A DNA stretch of 64,000 bases from a virus, in the IMG/VR virus record IMGVR_UViG_3300043466_002666. One strand, given 5' to 3'. Below the pieces are notes generated by a model. That model saw only the letters and a list, made by a program, of their open reading frames with translations. It made no database searches and was not told where the DNA came from. The position numbers were made by a program, and so were the translations under genes. How positions within the stretch are numbered: the stretch's first letter is position 1; each line of letters begins with the position of its first letter. Of the stretch, positions 18,924 to 30,500 are shown in pieces.

Positions 18924-20020
18924 TAAAATTCTCCCATATTTGAATATTCACCGAATGGATTTCTTTCGGACCAGTCGATAATTTGGTCACCTTCATCTTC
19001 AAACCATTTGTTTTCGTTGAAGTCATCATTTTCATTTTCAATAGAGCTAAAGGTACTGATTACCCACTCTGCATTACTAGTTCCTCCGATTAAAGTTTCT
19101 CCGTCTTTAAACTTTCCTACTATATCTATAAGCTCAAGCTCTTTATTAGTTACATCATATCTTATAACTTTTCCTTTGGCTCCGCTTATAGAACCTGTTA
19201 CGATCTCTTCAAATTTATAGATGCCTTTTGGTGCCAATACTGCCTGTGCAGATGCTCCATTTCCAGCACCACCGATAATTACTGCAGGAACAGAATTATA
19301 TCCAGATCCAGGTTGAATAATTTTAATTCCTGTAATTACTCCTGCAGAAACTGTAGCAGCAGCTTGAGCACCAGATGCTCCACTTACAATACCAAAAGTT
19401 ACAGTAGTTCCAGATGCAGTATATCCGGTGCCTCCATTGAGAACATTAATTTGCTTAATTCCTTCTGTAAGTTTAAATGTAATAGAATATCCTTCCTCTC
19501 TTCTAATTTTATCTATTTCTTCTACCCCAGTTTCAAATCTTTCACTGGAATCCTCCATTACTTCACAAACTAGTTGATATGTCGCAATCTGTCCTAATTG
19601 TCGAAATGGTTTGTTGTGCTCTACAAATTTAATTTGAAATAGTTGATTTGTTAGAGGGAAATAAATTACATCACCTTCATTAGGTCTTTCGTTGGTGAGT
19701 AAATTGTTTGATGAGGAGATTAGATCTTCCCATCTTCTCTTTGAAATTATAAATGTTGCCTCTTCTGCAATACGTACTCCAAATTTAGTTAATAACGTTC
19801 CTTCCCCGGTAAATCCTTCGTAGTTAGAAACATACATTTCTATCATGTAGTTTTCATCAAATAATGCAAGAGGATCTTCTTTGAATAATCTGTCATCATC
19901 TGAAAATTCTCTTGGCAAATAATAAACATCAAAACCATAAATTTTCAAAGATTCTATAATTAAATCTTCATACAATCTTTGTTCTGATGATGTTCCGTGG
20001 GAAAAGTAAACGTTTTTCAT
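18923..20020 (-). CDS. gp14: gp14 neck protein
   Basis: EQRLYEDLIIESLKIYG, YYLPR, RPNEGDVIYFP, FSE/WSERNPFG-type C-terminus. Confidence 0.94.
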   Translation of the reverse strand: MKNVYFSHGTSSEQRLYEDLIIESLKIYGFDVYYLPREFSDDDRLFKEDPLALFDENYMIEMYVSNYEGFTGEGTLLTKFGVRIAEEATFIISKRRWEDLISSSNNLLTNERPNEGDVIYFPLTNQLFQIKFVEHNKPFRQLGQIATYQLVCEVMEDSSERFETGVEEIDKIRREEGYSITFKLTEGIKQINVLNGGTGYTASGTTVTFGIVSGASGAQAAATVSAGVITGIKIIQPGSGYNSVPAVIIGGAGNGASAQAVLAPKGIYKFEEIVTGSISGAKGKVIRYDVTNKELELIDIVGKFKDGETLIGGTSNAEWVISTFSSIENENDDFNENKWFEDEGDQIIDWSERNPFGEYSNMGEF

Positions 20021-20841
20021 TATCCTACCATATCAAGTGGTGGCAGTTCATATGTACTTAGAAGTTCTTCATATAGCTTATCCAACTCTCCAGATGCATC
20101 ATCATATAATTGACGACCATTGAAAGTTACCCCACCTGGCATCTGAATACCTTCAAATTTAGATAAATTTTGACCCCACTGCTTTTTGATAAGTGAAGTT
20201 AAATATTTTTTGACCCAAATTTCATTATAAAGTTTATTGAACTCATTTGGATCCAATGCTCTATAACAATCAATAACAATAAAATCATCTTTAGATTGCA
20301 TACCCCAATCAAGATCAATATACAATCTATTTTGAACTTTATTATAACGAATATCTTTGTTGCCTTCTAACATAAAATCTAGTGTTTCTAGATAAGTCAG
20401 CACCATATAATAATTCATAATATCATATGAATAGAAATTATAAAAGTCATTTAGAAAGAACTGATATCTAAAACCAAACATGTTATTAACAAAAGCATTT
20501 GATACTTTAAAAATGCCTTGCACTGCAATAACGTGATCTGGAACTGTTAGATATCCTCTTCCTTCTTCAAAACTTAAAGTCCTGGATGAATCAGAATCAT
20601 TGGTGTCAGTTTTAGTAGTAGTAAAATTTCTTTTCTTTCCATTATCAAGATCTTCTTGGGTAAGTTTGTACTTCAAGTACATCCTTTCCATGCCATTATA
20701 GGCTCTCTCATTAAAAATTTGAATTGTGTCGTCGATGAGATCTTCTATTTGATCGTCATCAACATTAATTTCAATCACTGGTTTTCCAAGTCTACGAAGA
20801 CAATATTCTTTTAATTGTACTCTACTACTTGGTTTTGTCAT
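20020..20841 (-). CDS. gp13: gp13 neck protein
   Basis: LKEYCLRRLGKPVIEINVDDDQ, KKQWGQNLSKF, PGGVTFNG. Confidence 0.95.
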   Translation of the reverse strand: MTKPSSRVQLKEYCLRRLGKPVIEINVDDDQIEDLIDDTIQIFNERAYNGMERMYLKYKLTQEDLDNGKKRNFTTTKTDTNDSDSSRTLSFEEGRGYLTVPDHVIAVQGIFKVSNAFVNNMFGFRYQFFLNDFYNFYSYDIMNYYMVLTYLETLDFMLEGNKDIRYNKVQNRLYIDLDWGMQSKDDFIVIDCYRALDPNEFNKLYNEIWVKKYLTSLIKKQWGQNLSKFEGIQMPGGVTFNGRQLYDDASGELDKLYEELLSTYELPPLDMVG

Positions 20842-21056
20842 TATACTGACCTTCTAGATTTTGTAAGTTCTTTTGTTGGAGTTTCAGATTTGTCATCAAA
20901 AGAACCCCCATCTGAAACTAAAGGTTGCTTTTGGGTAGCAGTTATCATATTATTAAGATAAATCACTTTAGCTTCAAGCATTATGTTTTGGGATGTCAAT
21001 TCATTTATCTTTTTTTGCATTACTGCTAATAAATTATTTACTTCATCTGAGTTCAT
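20841..21056 (-). CDS. hypothetical coiled-coil protein
   Basis: 71 aa abutting gp13. Confidence 0.7.
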   Translation of the reverse strand: MNSDEVNNLLAVMQKKINELTSQNIMLEAKVIYLNNMITATQKQPLVSDGGSFDDKSETPTKELTKSRRSV

Positions 21057-21082
21057 AATTACCTCATAGTTTTAGTTATTTA

Positions 21083-23503
21083 TCAATAGGTTCCACCATC
21101 AAGAGTTGTAGTCCAAACTGGAACACCAGAACCATTTACAGTTAAAATTTGATTTGATGTTGTTTCATCAGAAGTTCCTGCAGCAACTGTTCTTGTTAAT
21201 CTCTTGTATTGATCAAAGAAAGCAACACCATTTAATACCCCATCATCAAGTTTTACTGTTTTGAAATATGCACTACCTCTAGTTCCATTGAATACATTTC
21301 CAGAATTTGTGGCATCTGGAATGTATGTAAAATAATATGTTGTTACATCTTCAGAGATTCCAGACTCATCATAACCGAAGAAACCAGTTTTTAAGCTGCC
21401 ATTGTAGTATCTGTATTCGATACCACGATCCATATTATCGTCTGCACCTTGAGTAAATGTTAAAGTGACTCCAGCTGCAATTCCCCCAGTTAATGCTGCA
21501 CTAATGGTTATTTGATTTGAAGTATTAACTACAATTGTAGTGTTTGCAGGAATGTTGGCATCACCAGTAATAATATCTCCATTATTTAATCCTGTAGTAT
21601 TATCAAGGATTAAAGTTGTTGCTCCATTTGAAGCAGAAGATGTTAAAACTTTCTCGCTAATCGCATCTCCAAGAGTAAAAATTGGATCATTTACAGTCAT
21701 TACGGTAGAATTTACCGTAGTTGTAGTACCAGTTACCTTAAAGTTACCTCTAACAATGACATCACCGCCAGCATCTCCGCCAGCAGGATAAGGATCAAGA
21801 GTAATTGTTTGACCACTTACATCTCCATAAATTGTAGATCCATTAATTTTTAGATCTCCAAAATCAGTTGTGGTAGCAGCAGTACCAAAATTAATAGTAG
21901 TGGCGTTACCAAAGGCATTTACAGTAGTTGCATTGCTATTTAATAAATTAAATGTAGAAGTGGAACAATTTAAAGCTCCACCATCAATAGATATAGTTCC
22001 ATCAACATCTAAATTATTATTGATATTAGTAGTACCTGTAGCAGCACCAATTTCAACCGCAGTGGCGGCACCAGCAAAATTTACAGTAGTTGCATTGGCA
22101 TTTAATAAATTAAATGTGGATTGATTTGTTGTGAAATTTCCGCCATCAACATTTAAATTATTATCAATATCAATATTTGCAACTCCAAAAGTAACTAATT
22201 CAGTAGAGTTGGTTGTGTCAATTTTAATATAATTATTAGAACCTTCCGCTAGCAAAAATGCACTTGCTGTATTATCTTCAACCGAAATATTTACTTTAGC
22301 AATTGAATTTCCAATTTCAATTAATTCTGAACCATTTATGGTTGTAATATTTAAATAGTTTACTAATCCTTCTGTAATTGAAAATGCATTGGAAGCATTA
22401 TTTAATATATTATTCTTAATAGATGCAATATTATTTCCTAAAATTAATGATTCCGAAGAATTAGTAGTATTAATTTTAATGTATTCATTAGTACTTTCTT
22501 TAACTACAAAAGCAGAAGCAACATTATCTTTAACAATATTATCAATCGCTGAAATATTATTACCTATACTTACTTTTTCAACCGAATTAGATGTTGTGAC
22601 ATCAATGTATACATTAGCATTTTGTTTTAATTGAAACGCCCCTAAAGAATTATCTAAAACTTCAACGGAAGTTTTAGCTAAAGTATTTCCAATAGAAATT
22701 AATTCAGATGAATTTGTAGTGTTTATTTTTAAATATGAGTCTATACCTTGTTTAATATCAAGGGATCCTTCAATATTATCTCTTAAATTAAAATTGGTAG
22801 CAGAGTCTGTAAAATTTACATCTCCACCCTGAACCGTTAAATCGCCACTGACTGTTAAATTAGTAGGTGTTCCTGCCAGACCTACATTAAACGATCCAGC
22901 AACATAAAGATCTCCTCCAATTCCAACACCACCAGAAACAACTAATGCACCACTAGAAACTCCTGATGAAACAGTAGTATCAGAAATAGAGACTGCAACA
23001 CCACTTGTAAAATTCCAATCTGCCCCAGTAACTTCTAGTCTATCATTAGTAGCTTCATTATATCTAATTTTGGTGTCCTTACTTGTACCAAAAGTTAAAT
23101 ATGTATCATCTGGAATTTGTATTTCTCCAACTCCATTTGGATCTAATACAATATCCCCATCTGTATTTGTAGATGAAATAGTGTTACCATCTAATCCAAG
23201 ATTATCTACATAAAATTCATTGACTTTTTTCGCAGAATCTACTAATACCGCAGAGTTAGCAGTTAATGTTCCATGCCCATGATCGAGCATATCAGTAAAA
23301 TATTTACCACCAATAACTTCAATATTAGCAGCAATACCTCCAGTTTCAGTACCTGTACCAAGGTACATTTTACCATAGGATGTTACTGTGGCACTTTGGG
23401 CATCAATATAATTACCAGTACCCCAAGAATAACCTAACTCACCTTGACCGAGATTTGGTTGTCCAATTCCAGAAGATCTTTTAATTTTAATAATAGTTGC
23501 CAT
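21083..23503 (-). CDS. tail fibre / fibre-like structural protein
   Basis: MATIIKIKRSSG N-terminus, internal repeats of about 40 aa (YxKINTTNSSEL...), LDGGTY C-terminus. Confidence 0.75.
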   Translation of the reverse strand: MATIIKIKRSSGIGQPNLGQGELGYSWGTGNYIDAQSATVTSYGKMYLGTGTETGGIAANIEVIGGKYFTDMLDHGHGTLTANSAVLVDSAKKVNEFYVDNLGLDGNTISSTNTDGDIVLDPNGVGEIQIPDDTYLTFGTSKDTKIRYNEATNDRLEVTGADWNFTSGVAVSISDTTVSSGVSSGALVVSGGVGIGGDLYVAGSFNVGLAGTPTNLTVSGDLTVQGGDVNFTDSATNFNLRDNIEGSLDIKQGIDSYLKINTTNSSELISIGNTLAKTSVEVLDNSLGAFQLKQNANVYIDVTTSNSVEKVSIGNNISAIDNIVKDNVASAFVVKESTNEYIKINTTNSSESLILGNNIASIKNNILNNASNAFSITEGLVNYLNITTINGSELIEIGNSIAKVNISVEDNTASAFLLAEGSNNYIKIDTTNSTELVTFGVANIDIDNNLNVDGGNFTTNQSTFNLLNANATTVNFAGAATAVEIGAATGTTNINNNLDVDGTISIDGGALNCSTSTFNLLNSNATTVNAFGNATTINFGTAATTTDFGDLKINGSTIYGDVSGQTITLDPYPAGGDAGGDVIVRGNFKVTGTTTTVNSTVMTVNDPIFTLGDAISEKVLTSSASNGATTLILDNTTGLNNGDIITGDANIPANTTIVVNTSNQITISAALTGGIAAGVTLTFTQGADDNMDRGIEYRYYNGSLKTGFFGYDESGISEDVTTYYFTYIPDATNSGNVFNGTRGSAYFKTVKLDDGVLNGVAFFDQYKRLTRTVAAGTSDETTSNQILTVNGSGVPVWTTTLDGGTY

Positions 23504-23522
23504 TTTTTGTGTCCCTGATGGT

Positions 23523-23762
23523 TTAATAGTTACCGCAATTAATAGTCAGACCATTTCTTTCTATAATATTAGAAGCAACCCAAGCATCAAGATTAGCATC
23601 ATATTGCAAAAGGGCTCCATGTTGAGCATTTAGTACATCTACATCACGCAATGAAGAAATTTTTTGTGCTGCATTTGCAGCAATAGTTATTACTTGTGGT
23701 TGGTTAGATACTGTAGCAGATATCTTAGGAGAAGGTGAAGTATTTACTGTAATATTAGTCAT
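23523..23762 (-). CDS. small virion protein
   Basis: LRDVD...GALLQYD...W motif; INCGNY end resembles the fibre C-terminus. Confidence 0.7.
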   Translation of the reverse strand: MTNITVNTSPSPKISATVSNQPQVITIAANAAQKISSLRDVDVLNAQHGALLQYDANLDAWVASNIIERNGLTINCGNY

Positions 23763-24094
23763 TTTGTTACTCCTGGATTAATAGTAACAATTCCCTCTAT
23801 TACTCTAGTTTTTTTACCAAAAGAATCGGTAAGAACTACATCATATAAGTATCTTCCTTGTTCTAAAGAAGAAGTTTGCGAAAAACCCAAATCAAGTATA
23901 ACAATTCCAGTGGCTCTATTAGGCGAAAAAGTTACTGTAAAATCTGTTGATGTGCTACTATAATAAGATTTTCTTATTTTAGCCAATCCTGTATAACCGG
24001 TCAAATTCCATGGCTGATTGTTATCATCATAGATGGTAATTTTAGCGTTGAAATCAGAACCTTGGTCAACATATAAGTTTTTTACAGCTGCCAT
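23759..24094 (-). CDS. baseplate/fibre-associated structural protein (BppU-like suspected)
   Basis: NLYVDQGSDF, LTGY, GRYLYDV, TRVIEGIVTINPGVT. Confidence 0.72.
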   Translation of the reverse strand: MAAVKNLYVDQGSDFNAKITIYDDNNQPWNLTGYTGLAKIRKSYYSSTSTDFTVTFSPNRATGIVILDLGFSQTSSLEQGRYLYDVVLTDSFGKKTRVIEGIVTINPGVTK

Positions 24095-24101
24095 TTAAAA
24101 A

Positions 24102-24134
24102 TATTTATATAGAGAGATCTCCCTAATATTTATA
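24102..24134 (-). promoter_or_regulatory. two tandem late promoters
   Basis: TATAAATA at 24109-24102 and 24134-24127. Confidence 0.75.
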
Positions 24135-24153
24135 AGCAGATCTATTCTTGAAA

Positions 24154-24312
24154 TTATTTTTTTATTAATAAGTTCATAACTACCTGTTGTTGGATATGAT
24201 ATAATTTTGCAAATTCTTTTGCAATGTGCTTGGCACCCTCTTCGTTCAACGTATCTATATCATTATAAATTTTTTGAAGAGTAAATTGTTTATTAAGTGG
24301 TAGATCGTTCAT
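24154..24312 (-). CDS. nblA: NblA-like phycobilisome degradation adaptor (52 aa, missing from the ORF track)
   Basis: MNDLPLNKQFTLQKIYNDIDTLNEEGAKHIAKEFAKLYHIQQQVVMNLLIKK aligns without gaps to the NblA pattern LxLEQQF...(M/L)xxxxAK...LL. Confidence 0.6.
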   Translation of the reverse strand: MNDLPLNKQFTLQKIYNDIDTLNEEGAKHIAKEFAKLYHIQQQVVMNLLIKK

Positions 24313-24526
24313 TTAATTTTAACAGCAAAGTTTTAATTTCAGTTAGCTCAGATTTTAGATCTTGTAGCTCATTCTCAATTTTATCAATTTTCTGAGATTT
24401 ATTCTGTCTCATTTGATAACTTTTCATATATGATTCATACTCATATGTATTACTATTAACGATGGCACCACTATCAGAATCTCGATATAACCCTGGGTGC
24501 CCATCAACCATTACCTTTTTCATCAT
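24293..24526 (-). CDS. conserved hypothetical protein
   Basis: VDGHPGLYRD..SGAIVN plus C-terminal coiled coil; follows the giant structural gene. Confidence 0.8.
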   Translation of the reverse strand: MMKKVMVDGHPGLYRDSDSGAIVNSNTYEYESYMKSYQMRQNKSQKIDKIENELQDLKSELTEIKTLLLKLNERSTT

Positions 24527-27500
24527 ACTGCTAATGCAATTGCTCTGAAGTTTCTAATTTTTGGAACATTAGTTTGATCTGCACTAATCATACATACCTT
24601 AATTGAGTATTCTTTAAACTCCGGTAAATTCTTTACTTCAAACTCAAATGCTCTGTAGTCAGATGAATTCACTGAAGTTGGATATGAAATTGGAGGCAAT
24701 TCAATATAATTCATATCATCAAATGAGCCTAGGTTTCCATCACCATTTATTTTAACAAATACCTTAATCTCAGAATAGTCTCCATTCAAACCTTGTTTTC
24801 TAATACCATCTAAAAGAACTTTAATTGCAGTCGAAGTATTTTGTAAGGTAACTTTTTTAGTAATATATGATGAATATTTACCAGAATTTGGAGTCAATTC
24901 TGCAGAAATATCTACAACATCATTAAGAATTTTTTTGCTAATTCTATTGCATACAGTAATTGCTGATGACCCAATTACATCTACTACAGGACTGATGTTA
25001 TCAATTTCAGTAGACATTCTCAAATTAAATATTAGTGATGATGGATTAGATGGGAAATAAATTGAATTATTTGCAGATGAAACAACCAATCTAGGTGTAG
25101 TCATTTCGCAATACTGCTTATTTTCTACAGATTCTTCATTAATTTGAGAGAATGAGGATTGTGCAGCATAAATGCTATTTCCAGTAACACTTGTAAATGT
25201 AAATGATAAATCTGTTGAAGGAAGCACCAGAGTATTAATATTTGGATATAATTCCTCATATTGAATATTTCTAGATGCAATTATAGAATTTCCCCCAGCA
25301 ATAATAGTGGAATTTGCATTAGTGGTTGCTGCAATTTTATATCTATCCAAATCAACCACTTGAGTGATTTGATGTACTTTATTAATTTGTGTTAATGGAA
25401 TTCCATTAATTGAATAGCATTTTACACTAGAACCAATTGCATGTGTTGCTGCTACACTGCCAGAAACTCCTCTTTCAGAGATAGTAAGTGTATTTCCAGA
25501 AATACCAGTGTATTTAATAATTTCATTATTGATTAATACAAATCCAGGATTTGTTGGAGATACTGGAAGTTTATTGATAGTTCCCCAAGTAGTAGCACTT
25601 GCATTGCCAACAGTAATATTTCCAGTTTGTGATGCGGTAGTGATTGCAGTATTTAAACTAGTATCTGGAGCATCTGACATAACAGAAGATAGTTTAACAT
25701 AATTTTGTATACTGTTCATGCAATGATTTGGATGATATACTTCAATAGTTGCAGAGTTATCTGTGAATGATAGAGAGTCTGGATTTAATACTGCATCTGG
25801 AACAGGATCGTTATTTAACTTGCAGTTATATGTAGTATTTGTAATAAATTTAGCTCTATTTAATACAAATTTAACATCTTCAAATTGATCTGGTGACCAA
25901 GTTGACATATTCTGAGATTTAAATAATGAACCAGAGTATGGTTGTTTATCAATAATAAATGAAGTTAATACATCATTTTCAGTAAGTCTAGATATCCACA
26001 TTTTATATTGTTTAGAATTACTTCTAACTATAAATGCATAATATGTGTCTTGATTTAAATATACCAATGATGGGAAAGTAAATCTGGTTGCTACAGAAGC
26101 ATTATTAGAAACATTTACATTAGATGCATCTACGACAGCAACTCCATATGGAACTACAGTATTTGTGAGTGTTCCATTCTCCATAGTTCTAATTTCTACA
26201 GAGACTGGTACTGAAGGATCTTTGGTTTGGAAGTATAGATCAATTGAAGATATAAACACTCCGCCAGTAGAATCTACAAAGAATGACTGTGCTACTGGGT
26301 CTCCTCCCCCTGCAGGTGGTGGTGGTGGTGGATCTGGAATGAAGACTGTTCTAGTTCCTCTGATGGGTGTAGACGTGATTTGTGGGGTTTGTAATGAAAC
26401 TACATTGCTGGTTAAGCTAACTCTTGCACCTAAAGTATCATATACTGTTTCTGCATTTGACTGAGAAATTCCATAAATTGAAGTTCCAGTAATTTCATCA
26501 CATAACTTAAACACAGATGTGCCAGTCTGGTATGTTTGTGGAGGAATAATCAAGAAGGCGTTCAATACTCCAAATGAATCTGTTTTTACTCTAGGTGATG
26601 TAAGAGTAAGTGTTCCAATTGCACCTGAGGAATTTCCAGATATAACAAAAGTCGAACCCAATATAACTGGATTTATATTACTTCCATCAATAGTTAAAAT
26701 ATTGTCAATACTTAAATATGTGGAAGTTGAAGAATATGAACCTAAATCATCAGCAATTACTGTTGCAGTAATTACATTAGCTCCTTGGACAGTGCTAGCT
26801 AATGTTGGACGTAAAGTTACAGTTTCACCAATTACAAAAGTTCCAGTCCTATTGGTCATTCCAGTGATATTTTTAGGGAATATCATTGAATCATTCAGTG
26901 CATCATCAACAAAGAAGTGGAATAATGTATTGGGCTTTAACTTAGATGCAACTACATTAACAATTCGGGATCTAACAAACTCTTCTGTGCCAATACTATT
27001 AATACTATCCCCAACTTGAATTTCTTGAGTTAATGTTGAGAATGTATTATCAACTCCAGTTCTCTGTTGGAAGACATTAGTGCCGCCACCTGTCCTAGCA
27101 GACCCAGTAGAATTCCATGCACCCCATTGTTCACCTGAAGCACCACTATTGTCAAATAGGAATCTAATTGGTTCTGATAAATCTATCTGTTGAGTCTCTC
27201 TTTGAGTTCTAATTGTATCGAACCAGACATCTTTATTTGGACTTAATACTAATTCACCATTCCATGCAATAACCTCAAATGGCTGTAAATTTTCTACTCT
27301 ACTTGCATAAATTTGGCTAATATATGCAACCTCATCATATGGTAAAGTAACTAAAGAGCCAGTTTTAGTTGTGGTTGAGTTTGCAGAATCATAATTTAAA
27401 TTTACATTGTTTACATATGGGTATGGCCTTACTAATGCATTATCTGTATCAATAGATGCAGTATATTGAATATTATTGAAGTCTGCAAGATTAGTAGTTT

Positions 27501-30500
27501 TAAAATTATCTGCAATAAATCCTGTTTTGAACCTATTATTGCCATCTTCATCTACAATACTTAGACTGTTGGTTCCAATTTCAAGAAGATTGAGAGAAGT
27601 TAATGTTTCTACAGTTTCAAGTCTTTTATCAATTGAACCAATATCTTTCATTGTATATCTTCTAGACTGCTCAATATTTAATGAGGCAGAAGAAACTGTC
27701 TTCATATATGGTGGAATATTGACAGTTGCTAGCAATAACGCATTTTGAATATTTTCTGGGACTTGTGGAGTGTTAGTTTCAGATCCTTTGATTGCAACTA
27801 AATTGCCATTTTCATCTAGGAAAATTTTATCAATTCTGCCAAGATAGTAGTCATAATCAGCACTAACAATTTCTCCTGGGAAGACAAAATTTGAAATAGA
27901 TCTAGTTAGTGAATAGTAATTCAATGCTGAGTTAGTTTCTTGATATGGAGTGGATAGTGTGCCACCAGTACCAGTAGATGGAACGGTTTCATATCTAAAA
28001 TCTACAATATCAGTATATGGAGTTCCCTCATATGTATTTGGAATTAATGCATAATCTACTTCAGATACATTGTATGAATTTGTAGAATAAAAATCATTAG
28101 AAGTATTTGCATGATTATAATAATCAAATACTACAATAAATTTATTTGTTGGGGTTGGTCTATTTTCAATTCTAACTAATTTTGAAATATTGTAAAATTC
28201 TGCATTGTCATTTTTTACAAGTGCATAGTTAGTTGTAATATCTTTATATCTTCCATGAGTTGATGTGGTGATATATCTGCCAGTAATTAAAGTACTAGAA
28301 ATAATATCAACACTTAAAGCTAACGAAGTTCCTTGAATAAACTTTTCGGAACTCAAGTAAACTACGTATAAAGTTGTTCCGCTAATTGAAATAATTTTAG
28401 CTTTAATATTTTCGTATCTAATTATATCTCCAACAGTTAAATCAGACGCATTATTAATTACCAAAGAATCAAACATTGATTGATTGGTATCTGTAGGAGA
28501 CAGTGCTTCATGAATAGCATGAACTCTATATACATCCGAGAACTTCAGTGAAATATCTTTATCACTAATTCTAGTTCCATATACTAAATTCGTAAGATTT
28601 TTTACTTTATCTACAGATAAGAAATTAAATTTATTTGATGACTTAATTTTTATTGTTGGATTGTTAACTCGTACTTTATATACGACATTTACAGAAGTTC
28701 CATTCAATGAAGTACTTACAGCTAAATTTACATTAGTAGCAGAAACAACTGTTGGTGTAAATGCTACAGTCCCAGATGCATTAGTTATAATAATGTTAGA
28801 AGCTGAAATTGTATAGTCTGATGTAGTTGAAATAGTTACAGTGCCAGAAGTTACAACTTTATTTTCAGTAATTGTCTTATAGTAAGACATATCACTGGAA
28901 GATTTAATAAATTCATTTGAAAATTTGACAAAAAAGTTATTTCCAAATGAGCTTAACTTTGGAACTAATTTTTTGACATTATAATAAGTTCCATTTGCAA
29001 CTGTGCCAGTCACGGTAACACTTGAATCTGAAGACACTGCAGATACTGTTACTGTTGAAGATCCAACTAAAAGTTTCATTGGAACTTTTAAGTCTTGTAA
29101 AAATGAAGTGCCAGTTCCAGTTAATATGTTATTATTAATTACAAAACTACTTCCAGAAATTGCAACTTGAGTTAATGCTAATGAAGCAGAGAAACCAGAG
29201 GCTGTTTTTACATTAGTAACGTTTTCAATTTTATTGTTCTCTACACTAGAAATAGTATATGTATTTGAATCTCTACTATTTGCAATAGTAGCTCCACTTA
29301 AGAATTGTCCAGAAATTTGACTCAATACAATAGTATTACCACTAATAGACTCTACAATTCCTTGACTTCCATTAGTAGAAAATACAAAATCTCCAATCAC
29401 AACAGTTGGAGTTGATTGTGCTGTTGTTATAGTTGTAAATAATGTTAGGTCTGCAACGAATAATCTTTCTTCGGCAGTTAAAGATAAAACTCGTGCTTTA
29501 CCGATTTGAGTTTCTACACTGTTTGTAGTTTTATTTAATATTAATATAGATCCTGGTGCAACTCCACCGTTAATAGTATTTGCTTGTAAAGTAAAATAAT
29601 TTCCAAACGATGCAACAGCACCTTGATTGTTTGTGGATAAAAATTTCCTAGGTTTTTCTATTGTCAAATAGTTTTTACTAGTATTTTGAATTTCAAAACC
29701 TTTTACGTATGCTTTTAGTGGATCCAATTCCACTGTATAATAATTACGTCCATCAATAGCATTTCCATCTTGAGTGATTGGAGTTCTATTTAAAATTTTT
29801 CTGCCATCTGGTAAGACATCGTTTAAATTATATACTCCATTATTTTCACCAGAGTTATAAGTTTCTTTAATTCTGAGATTAATAGGATTGACAGTATAAT
29901 TTCCAGACTCATCATAGGTCCTTCTTGCAAGATTTTTTTCTAGTTCATTATAAATGGATACATCTGCCTGCTCTACTAATTTACCATCTTCTAGACGTAG
30001 TAATTCAATAAAAGTTGGATCTGATGAAAAATTAATATCTTGCTTTGCTAATGCTGCTTGAATTTGTAATCTATCTGCACCTGGAGCAGTAAAGTTTGAA
30101 GAGCCTACTGCGTTATCATATAATGAAGAATCTGTATCTGCAGTTACAATAGTTTCGGATATAGATAATCCAATCTTATATGATGGGAAATTGGAGTACT
30201 GATCTAAAATTATACTTTGTAATGGTACGGTTACAAAAAATCCTCGTAAAAAATACACTCCCTCAGTGATATATGCGGCACTTCCAATAAAGCTAGAAGC
30301 ATTTTGAGTAGCTGTAATAGCTACTGGATTATTTAATTCATCAACTAATGTTTCTCCATTTGAGAATTTAGTCAGTTGAGTATTGTTTACAACATTTCCC
30401 GATGAAATATACTTTACATATAATGTAGCTGTAGATTTTTCAGAATCTGCAGCACTAATACTATTGATTACCCTTGCAGTGACATTACTAGTAGTTCCTC

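Noticed and set aside
4437-20841. Introns, inteins or frameshifts in core genes; absence of gp24
   Set aside because: Core proteins have ordinary lengths and continuous motifs, and lack of gp24 beside gp23 is normal for T4-like cyanophages.
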